Shown piece after piece: positions 23,770 to 35,862 of a DNA stretch of 64,000 nt. Every line of letters begins with the position of its first letter. Position 1 is the first letter of the stretch. The translations under genes were made by a program, and so were the position numbers. The notes beneath the pieces are model-generated. The model was not told the origin of the DNA. It searched no databases and saw nothing but the letters and a program-made list of their open reading frames with translations. This DNA is from Psammoneis japonica (taxonomy: Eukaryota): the NCBI GenBank assembly GCA_008632985.1, contig QPGO01000198.1:1-64000 (forward strand), given 5' to 3'.

Positions 23770-26410
23770 ACCAACGGTGAATGAGAAAGGGCACTGTGGC
23801 CAGAGCCACAGCTCCAGCACATCATTGTTTGTTCAATTTGTCAGAGCTGCCATCAATGGTTGGGCTTCTGAGCTGCGTGACAAAACACAGCAAAATGGTG
23901 GCAGGGGTGGCTGGCATGAGTGTGAGATGTGCACCCCCCCAACCCCTCCTTGTTGCAAAGAACCACAAGAGAGTCAGCCATTGAAGAAAACATGTTTCAA
24001 CTGAGCTTTGGTTGGCTGGCTTTTTGCTCAGCCAGTTAGGCTGCTGTTTGTCATCCATTGAAAGGATGCGTGGTGAAGAGTGCAGAAGAAGGGGGGCAAG
24101 CCATTGGGTTTGTTGAGGGGAGAGAGAGGTGTGTGGCACAGAGCTCCACAGCATCTTCCTTGTTTTGTGGAGTCATTCAGTGTCAAGAGTGGTCATCAGC
24201 ACATGCATGCCTGCAAAGGCCACACATGAGTCAAGGACAGGATGTCAAGCTCTGGTTGTGATGGCACTCTCCTGCCTGCACACAGCAGTGCGTTGCACAT
24301 TTTGAAGAGGAGAGCCAGGCGGGAAAAGAAAACAATGACACCTTGCTGCTGTCCAAATGACAGATGAGTTGTCTCTGTGCAGAGACCACTGCAGGTGCCA
24401 ACAGAGATGATGTGCATGTCATCATGGGGTTGGCGTGCACCATTTTTTGTTTCTTGCACATTTGCCAAGACTGTCATCATTCTGACAGATTTTAAAAGAG
24501 AAGCTGGGTGGAAGAAAACAATGATGCCTTGCTGCTGCCCAAATGGCAGACAAGTTTTGTGCAGAGAGACTGTCACAGGGGCCAACAGATGTTGTCTGCC
24601 ATGTCAGCCAGCACTGCTGTTTGTTTCTTGCACATCTGCATGTGCAAACAAACAGCATGAAAAATTGTGCCACACCTTGCCACGCATCCCACTTGGCTTT
24701 GCCCCCCTTTCCCTCCAGTGTGTCTCAGCTGCACAGCAAAGAGTGTGGGAATTGTTGCTCATTGTGGCCAAAGTTTTGTCAGCATGCTTGCTTGTCTCCT
24801 GCATGTGTTTGGGATTTGATGGTGAGCACGAGATGAACAAGAAGAGTTTGCCAGATTGCCAGTTGCCCCATCTGTTTGCACTGCACATGCAGCTTTTTGC
24901 TGCTTTTGCTGGGGGTGCACATGTGTGCTGTCTCTCTCTCTCTCCTGCACAAAAACAGGGAGCACACAAAACAGTTTTTTAAGCAGCAGCTTGTCAGCAG
25001 CAACAAAAGCACAATGACAACACATGTCAACCTTGTGAGAGACAATGCAAAGAGCAGCAGGGCTTTTGTGAGTGCCAGCACATTTTTGACACTTGCAGAC
25101 AGAGGGAGGCAGATTTTGAACAGGAGAGCTGGGCAGAGAGAAGAGAACAATGACACCTTGCTGCTGTCCAAATGACAGATGAGTCATCACTGCTGTGCAG
25201 AGACCATTCTTTCAGATGCCAGTTGAAGCACATCATGACAAATTGTCACCACTTTTTGTTTCTTGTGCATCTGCTGAAACTGCCAAGATGGGCCACTGTT
25301 GTCAATCAGACAGGCTTTGAAAAGAGGGCCTGGGTGGAACAATGACACCTTGCTGCTGCCCAAATGGCAGACAAAAGTTTTTGTGCAGAGAAACTGTCAC
25401 AGGTGCCAACAGATGTGCACAATGACAGATGACAGCCAGCACTGCTGTTTTTTCTTGTGCATCTGCACGCAAAAAACAGCCTGAGCTGTGCAAAATTGCA
25501 CCACACCTTGCCATGTTTCCCACCTGACTTTGACCCCCACCTGAAGCTGGCCATGACAATTTTGAGAAAAAAGCTTTGTCAGCATGCTTGCTTGTCTCTC
25601 CTGCGTGTCTGTTTGAGATTTTGTGGTGAGCACAAGATGAACAAGAAGAGTTTGCCAGATTGCCAGTTGCCCCATCTGTTTGCACCACACACACAGCTTT
25701 TTGCTGCTTTTGCTGGGGTGCACATGTGTGCTCTCTCTCTCTCTCCTGCACAAAAATGGGAAACATGCAAAGCACAGTTGACAACACTCGCAAACCTTGT
25801 GAGACAACAAGAGCACAAAGCAGGGCTCTCTTTTGAGGAGCCATGTTTTTGATGCTCGCAGACAGAGGGAAGCACTGTGTGCTGCAAAAGATTTCTTCTC
25901 ACAAGGCAAAAAGAAAAAAAAACATGTCAGCCAGCAGCGCCCTTTGTTGCTTTGTTCTTGTCACCCAGGGTGTGTGGCATGCAGGACACCTGTGTGGGTG
26001 AGGAGCCGTGGGCGGCATCATCTGGAGCTGTTGTTGTGTGTGCAAGCACCACACATGGCTGAAGACATGATGACAACCAGCTCAGGCAGCAAAAATGGAA
26101 AGATGGCCCAAAGCTCCAGGTCTGGGGCCATGAGCAGGTGTTCTTGGAAGAGAGCAAGGTTTCCTCGCACCGACAGTGCACGTGCATTCTCAGACGAGGC
26201 TGCAGCGGCAAGTGGCGACAGCATGTGCTGGCCTGCGTGTGTGGTGGTTGGTGCATGTGGATGCACATCATGATGATTGTCAAGAGTGCAATCAGCTGTG
26301 TGCGGTGGTGTGCCCCTGGAAACGCCCCCCCCCCCCCCCCAACCAGTTGGGTCCTTCCCCAATGAATTGTCTGTCGTGTTGTGTCATCTGCATGCATTGC
26401 ACAGATTGGT
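23770..26410. mobile_element. TpA/CpG-depleted block with tandem degenerate LTR-like units related to the Copia LTR at 58749-59024
   Basis: AACAATGACACCTTGCTGCTG.CCAAATG.CAGA at ~24330, ~24517, ~25146 and ~25338 resembles AACAATGACTCCTCACTGCTGTCTAAATGGCAGATGAGT at ~58782; ~0.83-kb internal duplication (24.5-25.0 vs 25.3-25.8 kb). Confidence 0.65.
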
Positions 26411-26589
26411 TCCCGCTTTTTGCTCTCCCAGACTTGCGGGTATCCATGAATGTTTTTTGTACCACAACACGTAGAATGCTACGTGAGAACGACCGCGAAA
26501 CGCACACGACACACGATACCCTCTCCCACCCTCCCCACGAGTTGTTTTTGCTGTCATTTCACTTTTCTCTCCATCAAACCAACAACACC

Positions 26590-29500
26590 ATGCCCCCCAA
26601 AAACAATACGGGGTCCGCCTCGTTGGGCATGGCGTCTGAGAACTTTGGGTATTCCAATGTTCGATTACGTCGTGTTCAAAAGCTGCAATTCGGTGTGGTG
26701 AATCCTCAAGAGTTGGTATGTATGAAAACGGTGTTTTTGGGTGGTGCTGAAGCAGCAGCGTGACTGACTTTTGCTCTTCTGATCGTTATGCTTACTCCCT
26801 CTTCTTACTCTTACCAACTTACTGTCTAAAACTCTCTACTCGGTCACTACTGATTATCACTACAGCGTCAATACAGTGTCACACAGGCAATTACAATTAA
26901 CGGCCGCAAAATACCCGCTGGTATCACCCGCTACGAGACTCAAGTCCAGGGTCAACCCGTCTATGGCGGTGCCAACGATCCTCGCTTAGGCAACCTCCAC
27001 GACAAGTCGGATCCCGGTCATTTTGGTCACCTCGATCTCGCCAGACCCGTCTATCATCAGGGCTTTATTCAAGTCTGTTTGAAGACGCTTCGGAGTGTGT
27101 GTTTTCACTGCAGCCGCATTCGCATGAATCCCGAAGAATACAAGTACAAGCTTTGTACGAGAATTCAGGATCGCAAACGCCGTCTCGATGCCTTTCATAC
27201 TCTACTCCGAAATAAAAAAGAGTGTGACGTGTGTCAGGGCAAGCAGCCGAAAATTACAAAGGTGGGTTTATCGCTCGAGGTGGAGTTTACCGCTGATCAA
27301 GTGGTGGACGGTGGAGACTCGAAGCAATTTTTGAGCGGTCAAAAAGCGGTGGAAATATTGCGACGAATCCGAGAAGACGACATGAAGGTGTTGGGGCTGG
27401 ATTTGACGTGGGCACGACCGGAATGGTTGTTGGTTCAAGTCTTGCCCGTCCCACCGCTGCACGTGCGACCCGCGGTATCCATGGGATCGGCCCAGTCCGA
27501 AGACGACTTGACGCATCAATTGGTGAATTGCATCAAGTCCAACATTGCGCTCTCTCAAGCCATTCAAAATGGTGAACCCAACATTATTGTCGAGCAGTTT
27601 GAACAGTCCCTGCAACACAATGTTGCCGCCTTTATGGACAACGAATTGCGTGGCATGCCTCAAGTGACGCAACGTTCCGGACGTCCACTCAAGACGATTC
27701 AACAACGCCTCAAGGGAAAGGAGGGTCGGATTCGTGGCAATTTAATGGGCAAGCGTGTCGATTTTTCGGCACGAACCGTCATTACGGCCGATCCCAATTT
27801 GGGAATTCATCAAGTGGGCGTGCCGCGGAGTGTTGCGACCAACTTGACGGTTCCCGAACGCGTCACGGCGTACAATTTGGCCGAACTGTCTCAGCTTGTC
27901 GCCAATGGACCAACGGTCCATCCCGGTGCGAAGCACATTATTCGTTCGGACGGAACGCGTGTGGATTTGCGTTATGTCAAGAATAAGTCCGAATTGTTGC
28001 TTTCGCACGGTTGGATTGTCGAGCGGCATTTGCGAGATGACGATGTCGTCTTGTTTAATCGGCAGCCCAGTTTGCACAAAATGTCCATCATGGGACATCG
28101 GGTTAAGGTGTTGGATTGGTCCACCTTTCGACTCAATTTGAGTTGTACTGCTCCGTACAATGCCGACTTTGATGGAGATGAAATGTGAGCTTGTAGTAGT
28201 AGTTGTTGGATTGTTTTGGCGAATCATTCTTTCTTACTCACCGTTCTTCCTCCCGTTATTTCGAATGCAGGAACCTTCACGTTCCGCAGTCACTTCCCGC
28301 CCGCGCCGAGGCGGAGCTCATGATGTTGGCACCACGCGTTGTTGTCAGTGGTCAATCTAACAAGCCCGTCATGGGAATTATTCAAGACTCTCTATTGGCG
28401 GTGCAAAAAATGACAAAGCGTGACGTTTTCTTGGAAAGGGACTTGGTCTTCAACATTTTAATGTGGGTCAAGAATTGGGATGGGCGTATTCCGATTCCTG
28501 CCATTCTGAAACCAAAAGAGCTGTGGACGGGCAAGCAAATGCTCACTTTGATTTTGCCCAAGGTGAATCTCAAGGGTGCCGCCAATAACGGGCCGCCCAA
28601 GGATGCGTCTGGAAAGCCTTTGCCCAATACCTTTAATGGTTATGATCATTTGGTGACGATTCAAGAGGGAGAGTTGTTGGAGGGAACCATTGATAAGAAG
28701 ACCATTGGTAGTTCCATGGGCGGTTTGATCCACACGGCGTGGCTCGATATCGGTCACGAGGACAATGCGCGCTTCATGAACAATGTTCAGCAGTTGACCA
28801 ATCATTGGGTGTTGCAATCGAGTTTTTCGATTGGTGTCACGGACGCGGTTGCCGATGTTGATACCATGAAACAGATTGAAACCACCATTAACAATGCCAA
28901 GCTCCAAGTACTGGATTTGGTCCGCCGTGGTCAGCGCGGAGAGTTGGAAACGCAGCCGGGTCGAACCATGATTGAATCCTTTGAGCAGTATGTCAACAAG
29001 GTTCTCAACACGGCTCGTGATCATGCCGGTAAATCCGCTCAAGCGTCCTTGGACGAGACCAATTCCGTGAAAGCCATGGTGACGGCGGGATCCAAGGGAT
29101 CCTTTATTAATATCTCTCAAATTATCGCCTGCGTTGGACAACAAAATGTGGAAGGAAAGCGTATTCCATATGGCTTCAAACGGCGGACGCTTCCTCATTT
29201 TTCCAAGGATGATTTGGGACCCGAATCCCGTGGATTTGTCGAAAACTCGTACCTCCGAGGCTTGTCTCCTCAAGAGTTTTTCTTTCACGCCATGGGTGGA
29301 CGTGAGGGTCTCATCGATACCGCGTGTAAAACTGCCGAAACGGGATATATTCAGCGTCGACTCGTCAAGGCTATGGAAACCGTCATGGCGCGCTATGACG
29401 GAACGCTGCGTACCAGTGGAGGACAAGTGGTGCAGTTCTTGTATGGAGAAGACGGTATGGATGCCGTTTGGATTGAAAAGCAAAAGTTTGACTCTCTCAC

Positions 29501-32500
29501 CTTGGCCAAACGTGAGTTTGAAGAACGCTACTTGATGAACACGGCCAATGCGGACTTTGGTTACGACGACCAGAACTTGCCATTCTTGGAGAGTGAGGTG
29601 TTGGACGATTGCCGAAACGATCCCGAAGTTCAAATGTTGTTGGATCGGGAACTGGAATTGTTGAGAGAAGATCAAAAGATTCTTCGCATTGTCATGGCGA
29701 AGCGCGAGGCGAACCGAGAGAGCGATGAATGGTCGTATGCGCCCGGCAATGTCCGTCGTGTCGTTGTCAATGCGATTCGTCAATTCCGTATCGACAAGAG
29801 TGAACCGAGTGATTTGCATCCCAAGGATGTGATTGCCAAGGTGAATGCATTGTTGGACAAGCTCGTTGTGGTTGTGGGAGACGACGTGTTGTCGGTCGAG
29901 GCGCAGGCCAACGCCACTACACTGTATCGAATTCTCATTCGCAGCATGCTGGCAAGCAAGCGTGTACTGAAGGAGTGGCGTCTCAGCGAGGCTGCGCTGG
30001 AATGGGTGTTGGGTGAGGTGGAAACCCGTTTCCACCAAGCCAAGGTGAATCCCGGTGAAATGGCGGGTGTGTTGGCGGCGCAGAGTATTGGAGAGCCCGC
30101 CACGCAAATGACGCTAAACACATTCCATTATGCAGGTGTGTCCGCCAAGAATGTTACGCTGGGTGTCCCTCGTCTCAAGGAAATCATCAATGTGGCCAAG
30201 ACGCCAAAGACTCCCGGTTTGACAGTGTACCTGCAAGAAGAAGTCAGCGGCGACGCTGATATTGCCAAGCTAGTGCACTCCATGCTTGAGTACACGGTGC
30301 TTGGCGATGTGGTCAAGTCGACGGAGATCTACTATGACCCAGATATCAAGAACACGGTTGTTGCTAAGGATCGTGAATTCGTAAAGGACTATTACGAATT
30401 TAGTGAAGAGACCGATGATGATTTGCGTCGACTCAGTCCGTGGGTTCTTCGGATTGAGTTGAATCAGACTGTGTTTTATGATAAGCAAATCAAAATGGCG
30501 GAGATTGTGAGTGAGGTTGACAACGAATACATGGGTGACCTGAACGTCATGGTGACGGACGACAACGCTGACGATTTGGTGGTGCGTGTCCGAATCGTCA
30601 ACGACACGCCGGTAGGCGGCGGCGTTGGCCAGGTGGATGAAGATGGCAATCCTATTCCATTCATGCAAGAAGAAGAGGTAGAAATGGGGCAGGAAGACGA
30701 CGTCTTTTTGAAGCGACTGGAAAAGAACATGCTCAGCGGTCTCAAGTTGCGGGGTGTTGATCACGTCAAGAAGGTGTTTATGCGTGGTGGCGCCAAGCGA
30801 AGTGTTTGGGATGATGACAAAGGATTTGGCGTCAAGGATGAGTGGGTGCTTGAGACCGATGGTACCAACCTCATGGCGGTTCTCGGAGTGGATTACGTGG
30901 ACGCAGCACGAACTATTAGCAATGATATCGTGGAAGTCTTTATGGTGTTGGGTATCGAGGGTGTTCGAGGTGCGATTCTAAGTGAGCTCCGAAATGTCAT
31001 TAGTTTCGACGGTTCCTACGTCAACTACCGTCACTTGGCGTGCCTAGTTGATGTGATGACCATGCATGGCCACCTCATGGCTATTGACAGGCATGGTATC
31101 AACCGTGTGAAGGCCGGACCATTGCTGCGTGCGTCTTTCGAGGAAACTGTTGACATGCTCATGGATGCTGCGGTGTATGCCGAAGAAGAAATCCTCAAGG
31201 GAGTGACGGAGAACATTATGATGGGACAGCTTGCTCGTGTGGGCACCGGCGACATGGACTTGCTTCTCGATGAACAAAAGGTGATGCGTGACGCTGTCAA
31301 TGTTGTCGTGGACGACTTTGGCAAGGATTCGCTTGGCATGGCGACTGGTTCAGAGCTGGTTGGCGGGCCAAACACACCCTACGCTGCCACTCCATTTGGC
31401 GCGAGTCCCATGCACGACAGTGGAGGAAACATGACGCCATTCACTGGAAATGCTGCGTTCAGTCCTGCAGTGGGAACTTCTCAATTTTCTCCGGCCTACG
31501 TTCCAGCTTCTGGTTCGTATGGTACTGAGGACGCTGGCGCCTCCAGCCCCATGTACTCGCCCGAGTCGCCCATGTACTCCCCTACGAGCCCGGCGTATTC
31601 TCCGACGTGAGTTCTTTTACCTCTTTTTCTTCTTTCCCTGTGCATTTATTTGAAAGTTTCTAACTTCGTTGTCGACTTGCTTTTTGTGCTTTCAGCTCTC
31701 CGGCGTATTCTCCAACTTCCCCGGCATACAGTCCAACTAGCCCGCAATACAGCCCGACGAGTCCTGCGTATTCGCCAACGTGAGTTTTGATTTGTTGTAC
31801 CTGTGGCCTTTCATTGTTTCGTAGCTCAAGACTGATTTGTTGCTCGCTTTGCATGTTCCTCCAACAGCTCTCCGGCATACAGTCCGACGAGTCCCCAATA
31901 CAGCCCGACGAGCCCAGCTTACTCTCCGACTAGCCCGCAATACAGCCCAACGAGTCCTGCTTACTCGCCAACGTGAGTTTGTTTTGTTCCTGCGATGCGA
32001 TCTATTATTGTCTGATTTCTTGTTTCTCACCGCCCTGCTCCCTTCTGTGCTTTCGCGGCAGTTCCCCGGCGTACAGTCCCACGAGTCCCCAGTACAGCCC
32101 GACCAGTCCAGCGTATTCGCCAACGTGAGTGTTTCTTTTCATCGTTCTGAACTTCATTTTAATATTTATTGTTGCATCTGATCTTACTCGTGACTCTTTG
32201 TCTGCAACTCTCTCGCCTTCAGTTCCCCTGCTTACAGCCCGACAAGTCCTCAGTACAGCCCGACTAGCCCGGCTTATTCTCCAACGTGAGTTGATTTTTG
32301 CTGATGTCGTAATTCTTTTTCTTTGTGCAGACACTTTGCTCACTTTTGTTGGATGCTTGTTTCTCTGAACAGGTCCCCGGCCTACAGCCCGACTAGTCCA
32401 CAGTACAGTCCGACGAGTCCGGCGTATTCGCCCACATCCCCGGCGTACTCGCCGACGTCTCCGGCCTATTCTCCCGAGTCTAGTGGCGATAGTGGTGACC

Positions 32501-32508
32501 AAGAATGA
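26590..32508 (+). CDS. RPB1: RNA polymerase II largest subunit; exons 26590-26715, 26866-28184, 28271-31606, 31696-31779, 31868-31972, 32062-32124, 32223-32285, 32373-32508
   Basis: GKRVDFSAR, catalytic [20 protein letters not shown] trigger loop, ~22-23 YSPTSP(A/Q) heptads; all GT-AG introns restore the frame. Confidence 0.98.
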
Positions 32509-32684
32509 GTTGGTCAACACATGGTAGCAACGAACGATTCAGCATGGTGAAACCTATGGAGCCTTGGCTTGGGAAGGAAGAAAAACCTTATTGTGCTTTG
32601 GGGAAAGAAAAAAAGAAAAATTATACCATAGTCCACCTTTATGTAGATTATCATTATAAAATGCAGTTACACAGCACAATGAAT

Positions 32685-33305
32685 CTATACTTTTTCATCG
32701 TCTTCTTTCAATAGTTTTTGCAAGTTGTCTTCCAAATCTTGTGTTTGCGCATCCAACTTTTTCTTGACGTCTTCCATCCGATCCCAATCGGACTTGTTCC
32801 GCTCCAAATAATCTCGCAATTCCATGGTGTTTCGTGCTTGATCCAACGCATCCTGAGCAATCTTTTCTGTATCGACACGTTCTCTTCGATTACTTGCCGT
32901 TTTTGCAGTGCTTTCGTCCTTACCAAACAAGCTCGAAACAAAACTAATCGGGACGTCTCCATCCTCACTGTCCTCGTCGTCGTTGTCGTTATTTTCGGTT
33001 TGTCTCAGAGGTTTCAACACCATGTTGGCCGCGGGAGAACCCAACAAGATATCAATAATGACCAAACACGAGACCACCAGCGGAACGTATTGTCTCCATG
33101 ATTCTTCTGCAACAATTAGTGAGGAACTAGCTACGTCCTGAGGAAGCAGGCGCAGAGCGGAAAAAGTAGTTCTGCCGCCATGTTGAACGAATTGATCATG
33201 AGGAAGATTCGCTCGACTTTTCGACGGTGTGTGGATGTGGGATGAAGATAGTGGGACCCATGCGTTAGCCATGGAAGCAAAGACGAGTATAAGCGGAAGT
33301 ATCAT
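32685..33305 (-). CDS. Hypothetical protein, probably plastid-targeted, with one TM segment and a coiled-coil C-terminus
   Basis: MILPLILVFASMANA|W signal plus transit-like segment; TM YVPLVVSCLVIIDILLG. The start could instead be 33338. Confidence 0.7.
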   Translation of the reverse strand: MILPLILVFASMANAWVPLSSSHIHTPSKSRANLPHDQFVQHGGRTTFSALRLLPQDVASSSLIVAEESWRQYVPLVVSCLVIIDILLGSPAANMVLKPLRQTENNDNDDEDSEDGDVPISFVSSLFGKDESTAKTASNRRERVDTEKIAQDALDQARNTMELRDYLERNKSDWDRMEDVKKKLDAQTQDLEDNLQKLLKEDDEKV

Positions 33306-34033
33306 TGTCAAATTACGAGTCGTCCATGCGTTCATCATTCATCATGGTCACTTCTTGGAACTTGAATCTTGAAACGGTATCTTGTCAAAGTCATGATTCG
33401 ATATCTAACGGTACGACGTACAGACTTATACACCTGACGGGAAATGGATATAAAGATCTGTAGAAAATGTGAATGAAAACTTCAACACCTTCTTGGGTTG
33501 GCTGACGCAAGCGTTTTGGTGTCAGAATCGTGTCACTGGTGAGAGCCAATCAGATGGCGTGACAAAGATGAAGATATTTAAGTCTATATGATTTCATATT
33601 GACATAAATCATACGGCAATGAAGGTGTTATTAAACGGCATTAATTTAACAACGTAAGCGAGTCTTCAAGTACGCAAGTCATCTACTAAGTAATTTTCAT
33701 TTGATTCATCTTTTAATTTCGTATAAAAGTCAATGATGTGAGTTCGTAAGGACAGAAAGCAAAGAGTCGGTACGACAAAACGAAAGCGCGTCACGACGTT
33801 GCCTGCTGCTGTTAGCTGGCGCTTTGAGTCCCGTAGAAATTGCGTAGAACATGTACCAGCAAGTGCCGTGTTATTTGCAACGAAGGCGGAACGAAAGAAA
33901 AACGCAGTCACACACAAAAAAACTGCCAAACGCCAACGCAACATAACGATCGATCACTGCGTTGTTCTTATCACGATTGCCGTGTCAATTGCGTGTCATA
34001 AATTCAATCCAAGAAACGCGATACACCATCAAG

Positions 34034-35107
34034 ATGGTGTCTAATACAATAAATTGCATAGGCCATGACAGAAACTTCTTAAAGCAACGTCAACGACGGC
34101 TGAGCCTGCTGATCGTACTGACTGGACTTTTTGGGCTGTTTTCGGAGAGTTCTGGCTTTGCGTCTAGCAGCGTCCCGGCCACCCGCCGATCAACAAAGTC
34201 AACAAGCCCTCTTTTTGTTTCTCAAACAATAATTGATCCCTGTACAGAGTCTATAAAGCCAAAGAAACGACGTATTCGACTGCGGAACATAAAGCTAAAC
34301 CAGGAGCAAAGAATTAGATGGAGACGAAGGTTGGGTCTTTTATCTCGTCGAGAGCAGGAGGATTTTGATTATCAACTCCGAAAGGAAGAATGGGCGGAAC
34401 GCTTTACACACATTGACGCCTTGCGCGAGACCTTTGGGTCGAATCAACACAAACTGTGGGGAGATTTGGATGCCCGAACCGCACGGAGATTGTACAAGAC
34501 ATTATTGCCCCGATCCCTCCTGGCACTGTACAATGTGGGAGTTCGACCCGAGGACTTGGCGCCTCTGGCCTATCAGGCTCGTGTCGCAGCCAAGCTCTAT
34601 GCACGAGAGCGGTGTCAACTGCCAGCGCGGACGGTTGCGAATTTGTACGATGGGCTGAGACAGTGGAAACGATACGGAGAATTTCAGCCGAGGGGCATGT
34701 CGTATGATCAAGTGTGGTCCAAGTATGCGTCACAGATTCAAGAAGAGTTGGACTCAGAGGATGACTTGACAGAAGAAGATGTTACTGCCAAGATTTGCTT
34801 CAAGATATTGGAACGAAGCTGCAAAACCAATGAAGGGATTGATCGAATGGTGTTGAGAGGGGAGGAAGATGCTACTACCTCCTGTTTAATGCACCAGGGA
34901 GACGACTTTTTCGAAATTGTTCAGCAGTTGGAACGGGATGCCAAGGAACTGTTGAATCCAAGCACGGAAGCACCTGTCAACGGTCGTTCGATTCCCGCGC
35001 GACGTATCCGTACGCTACGAATGATTGCCAATGCGAAGAGACGTTTTGCAGAACGAAACAAGCAACGTCAGTGCGACGAGACCCTTTGTGACGAGGTCTC
35101 CCTGTAG
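34034..35107 (+). CDS. Hypothetical protein (hydrophobic signal-like segment followed by SGF)
   Basis: 357-codon ORF with normal composition; no domain recognised. Confidence 0.7.
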   Translation: MVSNTINCIGHDRNFLKQRQRRLSLLIVLTGLFGLFSESSGFASSSVPATRRSTKSTSPLFVSQTIIDPCTESIKPKKRRIRLRNIKLNQEQRIRWRRRLGLLSRREQEDFDYQLRKEEWAERFTHIDALRETFGSNQHKLWGDLDARTARRLYKTLLPRSLLALYNVGVRPEDLAPLAYQARVAAKLYARERCQLPARTVANLYDGLRQWKRYGEFQPRGMSYDQVWSKYASQIQEELDSEDDLTEEDVTAKICFKILERSCKTNEGIDRMVLRGEEDATTSCLMHQGDDFFEIVQQLERDAKELLNPSTEAPVNGRSIPARRIRTLRMIANAKRRFAERNKQRQCDETLCDEVSL

Positions 35108-35862
35108 CAGTCAAGAACACCAAGCTAGGCATGGTGCAAGAGAATCACATCTCACTAGAGAGAGACGAATCTGCATGTTGCTATGACTACGTCAACAAGA
35201 GCTAAATTATATATTTGATGGGTGCGGGTCGTGAAGCGCTGTTCTTTGCCACGCCGCACACCATTTTCATTCCATGTAAATAGTACATAAACTAAGAGAT
35301 AATTAGATGGCTGATTCAAGAAAGTGGGTTGTAACTCTATGATCTGAAGTAGGCCATGCTGTAAAGCAGGACACCGTGAAGAACTCTAGCAGTGTTGTTG
35401 TCAGGAGCAATGAGCTCTCTTTCCTTCTAGAGATCAACTCTACTAGAAGTTTAGTGCGGTGCTGCGAGTAGATCAAGGTACAAGCCACGTCCTGGAAATA
35501 TGCAGGGAAAGTTAGGCATAACTCTGCAGGTCCAGCGTCATCGCCTCTCTGAAGCTCGAGGCGGACACCCACCAGTAGATTTTTTACTTTTGCCACACCG
35601 GGTCCAGTGTTTTTGACGGGAGACTTCAACAACACAAAACGTTTGACCCTATATAGCTGGTTTATAGTTCTGGAGCACGACACGAAGTTGCCGTATCCGT
35701 AGGTTAAAATCAATACCTTCCCCATCATGCGTATTTCCGGGCATCAGTTGCTCTGTATGGATCAAAGATCTTTTTGAACGTCAGTGCACCAATCCTCGAA
35801 GACGACATGGGACTGAACGGGTGGCAGACTACGAATGTCAGAACGAGTTACAATACGTAGGG

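Noticed and set aside
28458..30107. 549-aa antisense ORF within RPB1
   Set aside because: Antisense shadow of a codon-biased conserved gene.
35303..35728. 141-aa minus-strand ORF
   Set aside because: No recognisable motif; could be intergenic chance.
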